From a virus, in the IMG/VR virus record IMGVR_UViG_3300017744_000003, positions 9,000 to 72,999 of that record: a stretch of DNA of 64,000 nucleotides; one strand, written 5' to 3'. This document shows positions 29,209 to 38,736 of this stretch, in pieces. The notes under the pieces are model-generated. The model was not told the DNA's origin, made no database searches, and worked only from the letters and a program-made list of their open reading frames with translations. Each line of letters starts with the position of its first letter. Within the stretch, counting starts at the first letter, position 1. A program made the position numbers and the translations under genes.

Positions 29209-30291
29209 ATGAAAGTAAAAGGAAAGCAACTAGAGGATACTTTACGTAGCTCAGAAGCACCCTTCGCCGCTGTATATGCCACAGAATTTATTGGTGGCAT
29301 GGACGGTTCGATACGCTTTAAGTGTAAGAATGCTGAGTCTGACGCTCTTGCTAAAGGTGAAGTAGTTTACATTAGCGGCGTTAGTGGTGATGTGCCAGAA
29401 GTACAAAGAGCAGACGCTGACGGTGCGGGGACTATGCCTGCTGTAGGGTTATGCGAATCTTCCGCCAATGCGAGTGCGGAAGTGTACATTGTAAGTTTTG
29501 GTAACTTAACCGGCATGAATACAAGCGCTTTGAATACGACTTCACCTTCCGTAAGTATTGTGGGTAGATCTGTTTACGTGAGCACAACATCTGGTGAGTT
29601 AACGATAGACCCTCCCGCAGGTTCTACAGCTAAACTACAAAACATTGGGCAGATTGTACGAGAACATAGTTCAGAGGGTATTATAAAAGTAGGAGGAGCA
29701 GGACGTACCGCAGCTACTCCCAATCTTGATGAAGGTCATTTTTTCGTAGGTGATGCTAATAACAAGAGCATTGAGAGCGCTTATCAGCTACCGCTGACTG
29801 TAGGTACAAGTGGGCAAGTATTAACGTCAAACGGTACGAATGTGACTTTTCAGGATGCAACCGGCGCAAGTGCGCCCACATCACTAACAGCAAGCGTTGC
29901 TGTAGGAGATTTCACACCCACACATTGGATCACAGATCCTTCTAACACAACAGTCTTTACAATTAATCTGCCGACAACTCGTTATCAAATGACACAGGCT
30001 TTTTCAAATGACGGAGAAACATTCATTATAGAAAATCCGAGTAAAGCTGTTGTGACATTGAGAATTTCAGATGCTCAACAATACATCAATAGTGAGTATT
30101 ATCAGTCATTCATACGTCATGAGGGCGATTATGACGACCAGGGTGTTGGCACAGGTGAGCCCCTCACGTATAATATTCAACCTCTTACAAATGTTAAAGT
30201 TCACATAAAAAAAGAGTACGAGGTGGACGGTACTCCATACAGTTTCAATATAAATCGCGTTGTTTATCATGTAGTTGTGGGAGGTCTTTAA
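29209..30291 (+). CDS. Fibre/decoration protein
   Basis: The ATG at 29209 has a GGAGA SD. KGEVVYISG, GRSVYVS, GQVLTSNG; N-terminal KGKQL shared with the upstream gene. Confidence 0.7.
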   Translation: MKVKGKQLEDTLRSSEAPFAAVYATEFIGGMDGSIRFKCKNAESDALAKGEVVYISGVSGDVPEVQRADADGAGTMPAVGLCESSANASAEVYIVSFGNLTGMNTSALNTTSPSVSIVGRSVYVSTTSGELTIDPPAGSTAKLQNIGQIVREHSSEGIIKVGGAGRTAATPNLDEGHFFVGDANNKSIESAYQLPLTVGTSGQVLTSNGTNVTFQDATGASAPTSLTASVAVGDFTPTHWITDPSNTTVFTINLPTTRYQMTQAFSNDGETFIIENPSKAVVTLRISDAQQYINSEYYQSFIRHEGDYDDQGVGTGEPLTYNIQPLTNVKVHIKKEYEVDGTPYSFNINRVVYHVVVGGL

Positions 30292-30380
30292 TCTTTTATA
30301 TATAGTACCCTATCATTGACTTAGTTAACTCTGGTGTTCTTCAACTAACCATATAACTCTTAAATTAAAACGGATAAATA

Positions 30381-30692
30381 ATGAAAGCAATAAAAGCAAA
30401 ATCTAGTAAAAAAGACCCTTTTGACAGCCATAAACGAACAAAAGAGTCTAACTTGCCTTTTGTTAAAGCAAGTAGGACTCTTTACATGAACAAAAGTGCT
30501 TATGCGGTATTAGGTACCGAGGGGTTCAAATATAATGGTGAAAACCAGTTAGACCGTGAATCTGAAGTTAAAGAGGGTGAAGGTTACTTAGATGTAGAAA
30601 CCGTAATTAATGTTCTAATACATGAACTTATGGTAACTAAGTCGGATCTACTTAAACTCAAAAAAGTTGTTGAAAAGTCTGAGGTAGTGTAG
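30381..30692 (+). CDS. Hypothetical protein with a C-terminal coiled coil (possible fibre chaperone)
   Basis: 103 aa after the fibre genes. Confidence 0.5.
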   Translation: MKAIKAKSSKKDPFDSHKRTKESNLPFVKASRTLYMNKSAYAVLGTEGFKYNGENQLDRESEVKEGEGYLDVETVINVLIHELMVTKSDLLKLKKVVEKSEVV

Positions 30693-31054
30693 TGAGCCTG
30701 CATGATTACAAACCTTTGTTTTTTGAGAATAGCCGTGTACCTATTTGGTTAAGCAAAGTAACACCTATAGAGATTAACGCGATCACTTTGTTTTGTTTCG
30801 TATTTTCTAGGGGAGAGATATCCGATCAGACCAAACGACATGAGACTATACACTTCCAGCAGTTCTTAGAGACGGGGGTTATTGGCTTTATTGTCTTGTA
30901 CTACCTGGACTATGCTTATCGTTACTTGAAGTACAGAGACGGTAAGAAGGCTTACCGTATGATCTGCTTTGAACAAGAGGCACACGACAACGATCACCTA
31001 GAAGATTACTTATCTAATCGTAAGCGTTATGCTTGGACAGGGCTGAGACGTTAA
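30692..31054 (+). CDS. Small HExxH zincin-like protein
   Basis: AITLF...RHETIHFQQ...AYRMICFEQEA. Confidence 0.65.
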   Translation: MSLHDYKPLFFENSRVPIWLSKVTPIEINAITLFCFVFSRGEISDQTKRHETIHFQQFLETGVIGFIVLYYLDYAYRYLKYRDGKKAYRMICFEQEAHDNDHLEDYLSNRKRYAWTGLRR

Positions 31055-31069
31055 GTTCTTAAACAAGTC

Positions 31070-31117
31070 GCTCTTATATATAGTATATAATATAAGATAC
31101 AGTATATATATAAGAGC
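31070..31117. repeat. AT-rich inverted repeat GCTCTTATATATA...TATATATAAGAGC
   Basis: Perfect 13-bp arms at 31070-31082 and 31105-31117, at the boundary between the structural and replication modules. Confidence 0.8.
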
Positions 31118-31128
31118 AGGAGCTTACG

Positions 31129-31398
31129 ATGTTGGATAAGATGAGTGACGATGAGTTATTGGCTAGGTCTATCGAATACTCAGCAGCGGGTATTAAGGAT
31201 CGTTTTGAAGAAGACTATCAGGTAGCCTTAGTATCAGCGACTTCTAGTGTTGATTTGGATATGAGTTCTGATAAAGGTTGTATCATTGTTCACATGAAAG
31301 GTGGAGACGCTTTACCTTATCGAAAAGGCGATTGGGTGCAGGTTAGAGAGGCTAAAGGATCTATGTTTTCAGTAGGTGTGTATAAAAAACATCGATAA
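31129..31398 (+). CDS. Hypothetical protein
   Basis: 89 aa with an AGGAG SD. Confidence 0.6.
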   Translation: MLDKMSDDELLARSIEYSAAGIKDRFEEDYQVALVSATSSVDLDMSSDKGCIIVHMKGGDALPYRKGDWVQVREAKGSMFSVGVYKKHR

Positions 31399-31466
31399 AA
31401 TCTATTGACGTTTTAGAGGCAACCGCTTAAGACTTTGTTTATCAAGGCAGATACAAAGGAGATAAC

Positions 31467-31682
31467 ATGGTTCGCCTAGACGGAAAGAAAAACAAGTTGT
31501 TGATCGACTTGAAGCACCCCACCGGTCAGCAACTTGCTGAAATGATTCTACAAGCAGTCTTTCTCTATGGAGCAGAGACAGATCAAGACCGAGCTATCCT
31601 GCGTCAAATGGCACGTATGGTTAAAGGTGAAGAGCCTAAAGCTAATATTGATCTTAAAGACTACTTGAAGGGATCAAAATGA
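31467..31682 (+). CDS. Hypothetical protein
   Basis: 71 aa with an AAGGAG SD; ATGA overlap with the next gene. Confidence 0.65.
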   Translation: MVRLDGKKNKLLIDLKHPTGQQLAEMILQAVFLYGAETDQDRAILRQMARMVKGEEPKANIDLKDYLKGSK

Positions 31683-32539
31683 TTGAGTTCACAAACCTTT
31701 CTCAAGAAGGCTTTATGCCCATCAGTAGAGTGTTTTTAACTAACTACAGAAAGTTAAATATCACGATGGAAGAGGCAATGTTGGTACTTCATTTATTAGA
31801 TCATTCTTGGTTTGGTAATCGTGAATTCCCTAGTGCCGAATACTTTGCAAAGAAGAGTGGTAAGAGTGGACAGACTGTTAGAGCTTACCTTAGATCACTG
31901 AGTCATAAAGGTTATCTAGTCCCCATTCGTACCGAAACCGGAGACAAGACTTATGACTACACACCACTCCTTGGGTCTCTAAAAGACCTGGCGGGTGTTC
32001 CTGTGGCAGAGGAGGAGGTGGTTCAGCCTATACACGACCAAGACAGTAAGGTTGAACCCGACCCCCTAAAGACTTTGATTGACGCTTCTTTAGACATGGC
32101 TAAAGACAAGTCTAAAAAAAGAACTCCAATACAAACAAAACCACAGCATTGGAGAAGGCTTCAAGCCTTTAACGATAAGACTCCGGAGCAGTACAACGCT
32201 AAAGACATTGAGTTTGTTTTAGCTCTTGAGTGGAGAGAGAAGTGGAAGTCACCTCCTCCAAAGTTTTTTGGACGAGACTTGAAACACGCAAAAGACCTAA
32301 TCAGTATCTACTCTCCCGAGGTCGTTACTAGCGTGGTAAAGCAGTGTGTTAAAGAATGGGAAACAATCGCTCCACAGTTCAATATCAAGGGTTATCCTAG
32401 TATGCCCATATTTTGGGGTTTTCGTAACTCCATATTCCCTTTAATCATAGATGGTGCTCTCCAAACAAAAGCGACTTGGGGTACCCAGTTTGACTCAAAC
32501 ACAGATAGCCGCCCAGAAGGTGGTGAGATAGGTTGGTAA
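31679..32539 (+). CDS. Putative replication initiator (DnaD-like winged-helix N-terminus)
   Basis: FLTNYRKLNITMEEAMLVLHL..FPSAEYFAK...LRSL..KGYL...YDYTPL; upstream of DnaC and DnaB. Confidence 0.75.
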   Translation: MIEFTNLSQEGFMPISRVFLTNYRKLNITMEEAMLVLHLLDHSWFGNREFPSAEYFAKKSGKSGQTVRAYLRSLSHKGYLVPIRTETGDKTYDYTPLLGSLKDLAGVPVAEEEVVQPIHDQDSKVEPDPLKTLIDASLDMAKDKSKKRTPIQTKPQHWRRLQAFNDKTPEQYNAKDIEFVLALEWREKWKSPPPKFFGRDLKHAKDLISIYSPEVVTSVVKQCVKEWETIAPQFNIKGYPSMPIFWGFRNSIFPLIIDGALQTKATWGTQFDSNTDSRPEGGEIGW

Positions 32540-32540
32540 C

Positions 32541-32828
32541 ATGAGCTACACAGACGAACAAAAGATTGGTTCTACTCCTAAAGGCAACTACGATAATCAG
32601 TTAGATCGTTTATATGCCATGAAGATTTCAATAGGATCGCCTCACAGTACGATTTACGTTTATGACGCAGTAAGAGGCGGCAAAAGAGCAACGCTAAGAA
32701 GAGAAAAGGTACATACAAACGACACCGCAAGACAAGCAAGACAGTTAGCCTTAAAGTTTAAGATTCTCCGACAAAGTATTGAGGTACATTATGAGAACGG
32801 TAAACCCAAAACCAAGACAGTTAAGTGA
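32541..32828 (+). CDS. Hypothetical protein
   Basis: 95 aa filling the gap in the replication operon. Confidence 0.5.
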   Translation: MSYTDEQKIGSTPKGNYDNQLDRLYAMKISIGSPHSTIYVYDAVRGGKRATLRREKVHTNDTARQARQLALKFKILRQSIEVHYENGKPKTKTVK

Positions 32829-33414
32829 AGAAACGCTACAGCGTATGAACATTGGTCGGCGCTTTTGGAGCGCTGATATGACTCAAGTAGATGAGTCAAC
32901 GTCAAAGGCTATCTTTAGGCGTTATGTTATGGAACTAAAGTCAAACTACGATCAAGGCTGGGGCATCTTCTTGTACGGCGGTAATGGTGTTGGTAAGACC
33001 CATGCTTCTTGCGCTATGTTAAAAGAGATACAGAAGAGAGGTTATTCCACTTACTGTGTATTAGCTGACGTTCTTAAAGTGGCGTACATTGATGGGCAGC
33101 GGTTTGATCAAGACAACTCTGTAGTACAGAGAGTAGAATCAGTAGACTTCCTTCTGTTAGAAGATCTCGGTAAAGAATATTCCGGTAAGGGCAGTGGGTT
33201 CGCTGAACTCTGTTTTGAGAATATGCTGCGTAAACGCTCTAGGGAGTGCTTACCTACGATTGTGACTACCAACCTATCTCCTAATGCTTTTAAGGAGCGT
33301 TACAAGCAATCTGCGGCTTCCTTAGCTATGGAGTGTATGGTTGCGTGTGAGATGAAGGGTGAAGATCGCAGAAGAGGGCTTGGGAGCATTAAGACCCAGG
33401 AGATGCTTAAATGA
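32791..33414 (+). CDS. dnaC: DnaC/IstB-like AAA+ helicase loader
   Basis: Walker A GGNGVGKT, Walker B LLLEDLGKE, PTIVTTN. GAGG SD before the ATG at 32791. Confidence 0.88.
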   Translation: MRTVNPKPRQLSEETLQRMNIGRRFWSADMTQVDESTSKAIFRRYVMELKSNYDQGWGIFLYGGNGVGKTHASCAMLKEIQKRGYSTYCVLADVLKVAYIDGQRFDQDNSVVQRVESVDFLLLEDLGKEYSGKGSGFAELCFENMLRKRSRECLPTIVTTNLSPNAFKERYKQSAASLAMECMVACEMKGEDRRRGLGSIKTQEMLK

Positions 33415-33761
33415 TGAGGGGGCAGATAGCTAACACAGTAAGTCCTACTCTTTGGATTCATTCAGATTGTATTTTAGAATACAAGGGTAGAAGGTGGTTT
33501 ATTGGTACGAAGCAGTTCTCATTAAAGAATGAGAGTTGGCTCTGGGGTGTAAGTTATCTTCTTAGACCTGTGATCGTTTATATAGATGAACCTCCAAATA
33601 CCTTGTTAAGAGAATATGACCATTTAACTTTCGACACTTTTGCTAGTTGTCGAGAAGCGCTTAGGCGCAATCACCGAGCGGTAGAAATGGTAGTTAACGA
33701 CAGAAGTCTCGTTACTGACTGTACCGTACTTTTCACCTCAAGCCTCAGAAGATATTGCTAA
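33411..33761 (+). CDS. Hypothetical protein
   Basis: 116 aa with an AGGAG SD, between the loader and helicase genes. Confidence 0.6.
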   Translation: MMRGQIANTVSPTLWIHSDCILEYKGRRWFIGTKQFSLKNESWLWGVSYLLRPVIVYIDEPPNTLLREYDHLTFDTFASCREALRRNHRAVEMVVNDRSLVTDCTVLFTSSLRRYC

Positions 33762-33764
33762 GAC

Positions 33765-34991
33765 ATGGACATTGAAAAAAAGATAATAGACAAGTGCGCT
33801 GAGAGCCCAATCCTCTACGCAGAAGCCATAGACCAAGCGGTCATTCCCGAGATGTTTAGCGGTCAGTCTAAAGACATTTGGGAATACGCTATAAAACACA
33901 TGAAAGCACATGGTAGTGGACCTACCGACGAAGCAATTACTGTACAGTTCCCTGAGTACGTTTGGGACTTCCCTGCTTCAGAACCTTTATCTTACTATGT
34001 TGAGCAGTTGAAGCGTAAACATGCTTTCAACTTAACCTTGGTAGGTATTCAGAGTGCTTACGATAATCTTAACAAGCGTGAAGTGGAATCCGCTGTTGAT
34101 GATCTAAGAGACGCACTAAGGAAGATAGAGGACGCTACAGCAAGCGAAGCAGACCTCGATTGGGGAACTACAGCAGAAGATCGTTATAACGATTATCTTG
34201 ATATACAGAATAAAGGTGGAATTGATGGGTATAGAACACCTTTTGATACCTTAGACCAGGCTACCCAGGGTTGGCATGATGGTGAGTTTATCCTTGTTGT
34301 AGCACGACAGGGTGTGGGTAAGACTTGGTTGACCAACATCATGGCGCATAAGAACTACAAAGACGGTTTGAAAGTTCTTTATTTCACCAAAGAGATGCCT
34401 AGTAAGCAGGTTGCTAGACGTTTTGATGCTCTTGAGTACGAACTGCCCTACCAAGATCTTCGCTCAGGTCAGTTAAACTCTTTCAAAGAAGCAGAATGGA
34501 GGCAGAAGGTACAAGAAGGTTTACCAAAGGGGCAGCTTGTTATTGTGGGTGAGGAAACCGGAGGTGTGTCACAAGTTGCTGCAAAGATAGAAAGACATAA
34601 GCCCGACATTATCTTTATTGACGGTATGTATCTTATGGACGACGACCAAAGAGCTAGAGATAACTGGCTTAAGATCAGTAATATCAGTCGTGATATGAAG
34701 AGACTGAGCAAGAGAGTTATGATCCCTATAATCGCTACTGTTCAGTTTAATAGGAGCGCAGACAATTCAAAGGGTGACGCAAGCAATATTGCCTATGGTG
34801 ATATAGCTAAAGACGCTGATATTATCTTAGGATTGTTTCAAGACGAAGACCAAAGACTTGATAAGCGTATGACCTTACGTGTGTTAAAACAGCGTGAAGG
34901 CGCAAGACCTGAGATCGAACTTGATTGGGACATGGCCAACATGAAGTTCAATGAGGTTCAAGATAGTAGTGTGGGTACGGTGAACTTCTGA
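33765..34991 (+). CDS. dnaB: DnaB-family replicative helicase
   Basis: ARQGVGKT, FTKEM, IFIDGMY, QFNR, DADII, LKQREG. Confidence 0.93.
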   Translation: MDIEKKIIDKCAESPILYAEAIDQAVIPEMFSGQSKDIWEYAIKHMKAHGSGPTDEAITVQFPEYVWDFPASEPLSYYVEQLKRKHAFNLTLVGIQSAYDNLNKREVESAVDDLRDALRKIEDATASEADLDWGTTAEDRYNDYLDIQNKGGIDGYRTPFDTLDQATQGWHDGEFILVVARQGVGKTWLTNIMAHKNYKDGLKVLYFTKEMPSKQVARRFDALEYELPYQDLRSGQLNSFKEAEWRQKVQEGLPKGQLVIVGEETGGVSQVAAKIERHKPDIIFIDGMYLMDDDQRARDNWLKISNISRDMKRLSKRVMIPIIATVQFNRSADNSKGDASNIAYGDIAKDADIILGLFQDEDQRLDKRMTLRVLKQREGARPEIELDWDMANMKFNEVQDSSVGTVNF

Positions 34992-35959
34992 TGGATAAAG
35001 AGCAAGCAATCCTAGATATCCTACAAAAGTGCAATTTTAAGCCCCGAAGAGGATCTCAGAACCTATCTATCCCTTGCCCTCTTGCACCCTATACGCCTTT
35101 ACATAAAAACAACTGGGATAGCCATCCTTCTATGGGCATAAAAGTAACAGATGGCTCTGTTTTAGTTAACTGCTTCACCTGTCACTTTAAGAGTGGTCAA
35201 CTGAGTTATCTCTTCCATCGTCTCAACTCACATGATCGTAAATGGGGTGAAGCTCTTAATGCTGTCGTGGAACTAGAGTCTAAGTATCTATCTCAGGGCC
35301 TCGATAACCTCAAGTCTATGGGATTGTATGTAGACAAGAATAAGAAGTCGTCAGAACCTTTAAGTGAGGATCTCTTTAGCCCGTTCTCTCGACAGTTTGC
35401 CCCTTACCTAGAGAGAAGAGGCATAAGTATAGATACCGGCAAAAGATGGGGTGTGGGTGTCGATGTAAAACAAAAGAGAGCCGTTATCCCTGTGAGAGAC
35501 TTTAGTGGTGCTTTATGGGGTGCGGTAGGTAGGAGTTATATTAACCAAAACCCCAAGTATATGAACTATTGGGAGATGAAAAAGGGAACCCAACTACTAG
35601 GCGCTCATCTCATAAAACAGTCTAAGACTACTATTGTCGTTGAAGGTAGTTTAGACGCTCTACTTACAGACCAGGCGTTGAGGTCTTTAGAACTTGAGGA
35701 CCAATACAACGTAGTGAGTATATTGGGTGCTAGTCTCAGTGAGAAGCAGGCAAACCTTCTAGTTCGTTGCTCTAATGATGTTATTGTAGCATTAGACGCA
35801 GATGAAGCAGGACAGAGAGGTTTATTAAGAGCTAAAGAACTATTATCTACCCGATTACTCTCTAAAAAAGCCGACATAAGTACGGTCGGTAAAAAGGATT
35901 TTGGCGAATGCAGTTCTCAAGAGATCTTGGAAGTGATAAGCAACTCCGTCTTATTGTAA
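34991..35959 (+). CDS. DnaG-type primase
   Basis: Zinc-finger CPL..H...CFTC; TOPRIM VVEGSLDAL, ALDAD..G, KDFGE. Confidence 0.9.
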   Translation: MDKEQAILDILQKCNFKPRRGSQNLSIPCPLAPYTPLHKNNWDSHPSMGIKVTDGSVLVNCFTCHFKSGQLSYLFHRLNSHDRKWGEALNAVVELESKYLSQGLDNLKSMGLYVDKNKKSSEPLSEDLFSPFSRQFAPYLERRGISIDTGKRWGVGVDVKQKRAVIPVRDFSGALWGAVGRSYINQNPKYMNYWEMKKGTQLLGAHLIKQSKTTIVVEGSLDALLTDQALRSLELEDQYNVVSILGASLSEKQANLLVRCSNDVIVALDADEAGQRGLLRAKELLSTRLLSKKADISTVGKKDFGECSSQEILEVISNSVLL

Positions 35960-36040
35960 ATAGTTGTTGAAAACTATTGTACGTGACTAAGTTTTGTCTT
36001 ATAAATATATCACCCAACATAGTTGATGAAAGGATCACAG

Positions 36041-36799
36041 ATGAGTTGGTATAATAACGATTCGGGCTTTGCCCAAAACAGTTCTAAAAACTATACAAGA
36101 CGTTTTTGGATGCCCAATAACACAGAGAAACTAATCACCTTCGTTGATACACCTATGGTTAACTTCGACGGTATTCAAGTTCAAACCCCCTTCAAGTATA
36201 ACGAGTATCAGTTACAAATGAATGGGAGTTGGAGAAACTGGTTTACACAGCCAATAGACCCAAGTGAAGACGTTCTTAAAGAGATGGGTTACAGAGCTTC
36301 TAAAGTTGCTGTTTTAACGGTCATTGACCATTCTCAATGGGAAGACCGTAATGGTACTGTACATAAAGATGAGTTGAGTCTTTATGTTGTAAAGCGGTCT
36401 TCACAGGTATGGAAGCAGATTGAGAAGTTTATGGCGAGAGGAGATGACCTCAGTGGTAAAACATACAACGTACACCGGATGGGTGACAAGTCACCTGGCA
36501 GTGGTTCAATGCTAGAGAAGTATGAGCAAAACTTCCAACTAGACCCTAACGTACACGTACCCTTCAACTATCTTGAGATCTTAAAACCAAAGTCTAAAGA
36601 AGAGATTGAAGCGTTGTTTAACCAAGGTAATGAAGACCCTTTTAACAGCCAACAAAACAATACGCAATCAGACGCAGCATGGGGCGCTCAAAAGCCTATA
36701 CAGTCTTGGGGTAGTAGTTCGCAGTCCAATACGCAAGGCGAGAGTCGAGTATTTGGCGCTACGTCTAGTAGCGGTGGTTCTGACCCTATACCCTTCTAA
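36041..36799 (+). CDS. Putative ssDNA-binding protein
   Basis: Between primase and polymerase; disordered Gln/Ser-rich tail ending DPIPF. Start chosen from the AAGGA SD. Confidence 0.7.
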   Translation: MSWYNNDSGFAQNSSKNYTRRFWMPNNTEKLITFVDTPMVNFDGIQVQTPFKYNEYQLQMNGSWRNWFTQPIDPSEDVLKEMGYRASKVAVLTVIDHSQWEDRNGTVHKDELSLYVVKRSSQVWKQIEKFMARGDDLSGKTYNVHRMGDKSPGSGSMLEKYEQNFQLDPNVHVPFNYLEILKPKSKEEIEALFNQGNEDPFNSQQNNTQSDAAWGAQKPIQSWGSSSQSNTQGESRVFGATSSSGGSDPIPF

Positions 36800-36875
36800 G
36801 TTACTTATAAAAATAGGTTTTCCAAACCGAAGAGATAACAGGGCGTTGTAAACTATACATATAACCCTTATCTTT

Positions 36876-36892
36876 AGCCCTTCGGGGCTTTT
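36876..36892 (+). terminator. Terminator-like hairpin AGCCC-TTCG-GGGCT-TTT
   Basis: cUUCGg tetraloop stem plus a short T run after the SSB gene. Confidence 0.65.
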
Positions 36893-36909
36893 ACCATTTA
36901 AGGACCATC

Positions 36910-38736
36910 ATGCAGAGTTCTATACTCACAAGCCATAAGCATATAGAAGAAGTTCTTTCTTTCATATCAGATTACAATGAGTTTTCTTTTGATACAGAAA
37001 CCGACGGTCTATCGTTTGATAGGAAGTGTATTGGGTTTTCTTTCGGTATCAAGTGTAGAGGGGACTATATAGGCTGGTACGTACCTTTAAGACATGAAAG
37101 AGGAGAAGACCTCTTTTCAGTCGAACCAAGCAACGCTCCAATGTTAGAGTCGCGTAAGATAATCGACTATATTTTTAGCGAAGGGAAAACAGTCTACATA
37201 CACAACGCTAAGTTTGACCTAAAAGTACTTCGTAATGAATCTTTTGATATAAGTAATTTTAAGGCAGAAGTCATAGATACAATAGCTGTTTCTTGGTTAT
37301 TGAATCCGGAGCGAGAGGGAGGTCACGGCTTAAAAAACCTTGTTCCTTCTCTTTTAAGTAAGGAGATGGGTAACTTCAATCAGTTTAAGATGTACGCTAA
37401 AAACGCCTATGCACCCGTAGGTTCTATGGGTAAGTACGCCATCGATGACGCAGTGTTTCTGTTAGAATTAGCACACGTTATGTCTGCTGAAATGAGTGAC
37501 CAACAGAAGAAGATTCTTTGTGAACTTGAAATGCCTATGATGTGGATTGTCGAGGAGATGGAGCATTATGGCTTCAAGGTAGATACCAAGACTCTTCAAA
37601 AAGCGGGTATGGCCCTAAAGAAAGAAACAGAGCACTTACAGGAGAACTTTAAGAAGATGTTTGGCGCTAGGGCTCTTATAGGTTCTACACAGTGGTTATC
37701 AGATAATCTTGTAGGTAAAATTTGGGGTAAACAAGGTAAGAAGGGAAAGAATGGTTGTTACTCTACAGGTAAAGATTCTTTGGAATCTTGGTCTTCAGGA
37801 GAGGCCCCAGGAACAACTGAAGTGGGTAAGCAGGTAGCAAAAGACGTTCTTAGGTATCGTAAAGTTTCAAAGCTATATTCTACCTACTGTAAGAAGTTAG
37901 TAGAGTCAGCAGATAAACAGGGAAGAGTTCATGGCTCTTTCAATCAATGGGGTACAGGTACAGGTCGTTTTAGTAGCTCTAATCCTAATCTACAGAATAT
38001 ACCATCATCTCGTACTGAAGAAGGCGATTTGATTCGCAAGTCTTTTATAGCAGCAGAAGGGTACAAGTTGATTGTGGCAGATTATTCTCAAGTAGAACTG
38101 AGAGTCACTGCTCATCTATCCGGTGACCCCATCATGACAGAGATCTACAGAAATAATGGAGACATTCACCAGATGACTGCGGATGCTTGTAAATGCGCTC
38201 GTTTTGACGCTAAGGCTATTAACTTCGGCCTTATCTATAAGATGGGAGCAAAGACCCTTGCAAAGGCTATCAATAAAACCGAGCAAGAAGCGCAAGATTA
38301 CATTGATAAGTATTTCCAAAACTATCAAGGTGTTGCTACGTTCCAAGATCAGTTAGTTGCTAAGTGCCGACGTAAAGGATTTACTTGGACGATCACAGGT
38401 CGTCATAGACCTTTACCCAATATTAATAGTAGCAACTTCGGGTTAAAGAATGGCGATGAGCGGAAAGCTATTAATACGCAAGTTCAAGGATCAGCCGCAG
38501 ACATTATCAAGATAGGCATGAGGAACTTCTATAAGGAGCTTAGGTGCCAGGGATATACTTCACATGACTTTAGAGTTATCGGTCAAGTACACGATGAGGT
38601 AGTGGTAGAGGCTAGAGAAGACATTGCTCAGAAGATTAGTGACACCCTGAGAGATAGTATGGAAAATTGTGTGGAACTCAATGTGCCTCTTATCGCTGAA
38701 CCATGTATTGCTGACTCTTGGGGAGAAGCAAAGTGA
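36910..38736 (+). CDS. polA: Family A DNA polymerase (3'-5' exonuclease + polymerase, no 5' nuclease)
   Basis: FDTETDG, HNAKFD, YAIDD, TGRFSSSNPNLQNIP, ADYSQVELR, KAINFGLIY, QVHDE. Confidence 0.97.
   Translation: MQSSILTSHKHIEEVLSFISDYNEFSFDTETDGLSFDRKCIGFSFGIKCRGDYIGWYVPLRHERGEDLFSVEPSNAPMLESRKIIDYIFSEGKTVYIHNAKFDLKVLRNESFDISNFKAEVIDTIAVSWLLNPEREGGHGLKNLVPSLLSKEMGNFNQFKMYAKNAYAPVGSMGKYAIDDAVFLLELAHVMSAEMSDQQKKILCELEMPMMWIVEEMEHYGFKVDTKTLQKAGMALKKETEHLQENFKKMFGARALIGSTQWLSDNLVGKIWGKQGKKGKNGCYSTGKDSLESWSSGEAPGTTEVGKQVAKDVLRYRKVSKLYSTYCKKLVESADKQGRVHGSFNQWGTGTGRFSSSNPNLQNIPSSRTEEGDLIRKSFIAAEGYKLIVADYSQVELRVTAHLSGDPIMTEIYRNNGDIHQMTADACKCARFDAKAINFGLIYKMGAKTLAKAINKTEQEAQDYIDKYFQNYQGVATFQDQLVAKCRRKGFTWTITGRHRPLPNINSSNFGLKNGDERKAINTQVQGSAADIIKIGMRNFYKELRCQGYTSHDFRVIGQVHDEVVVEAREDIAQKISDTLRDSMENCVELNVPLIAEPCIADSWGEAK

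Noticed and set aside
348-30291. Stand-alone bacterial eCIS/tailocin locus
   Set aside because: It is contiguous with a phage replisome and nucleotide-metabolism genes, has a long tape measure and no Afp15-like AAA+ ATPase, and no host genes flank it.
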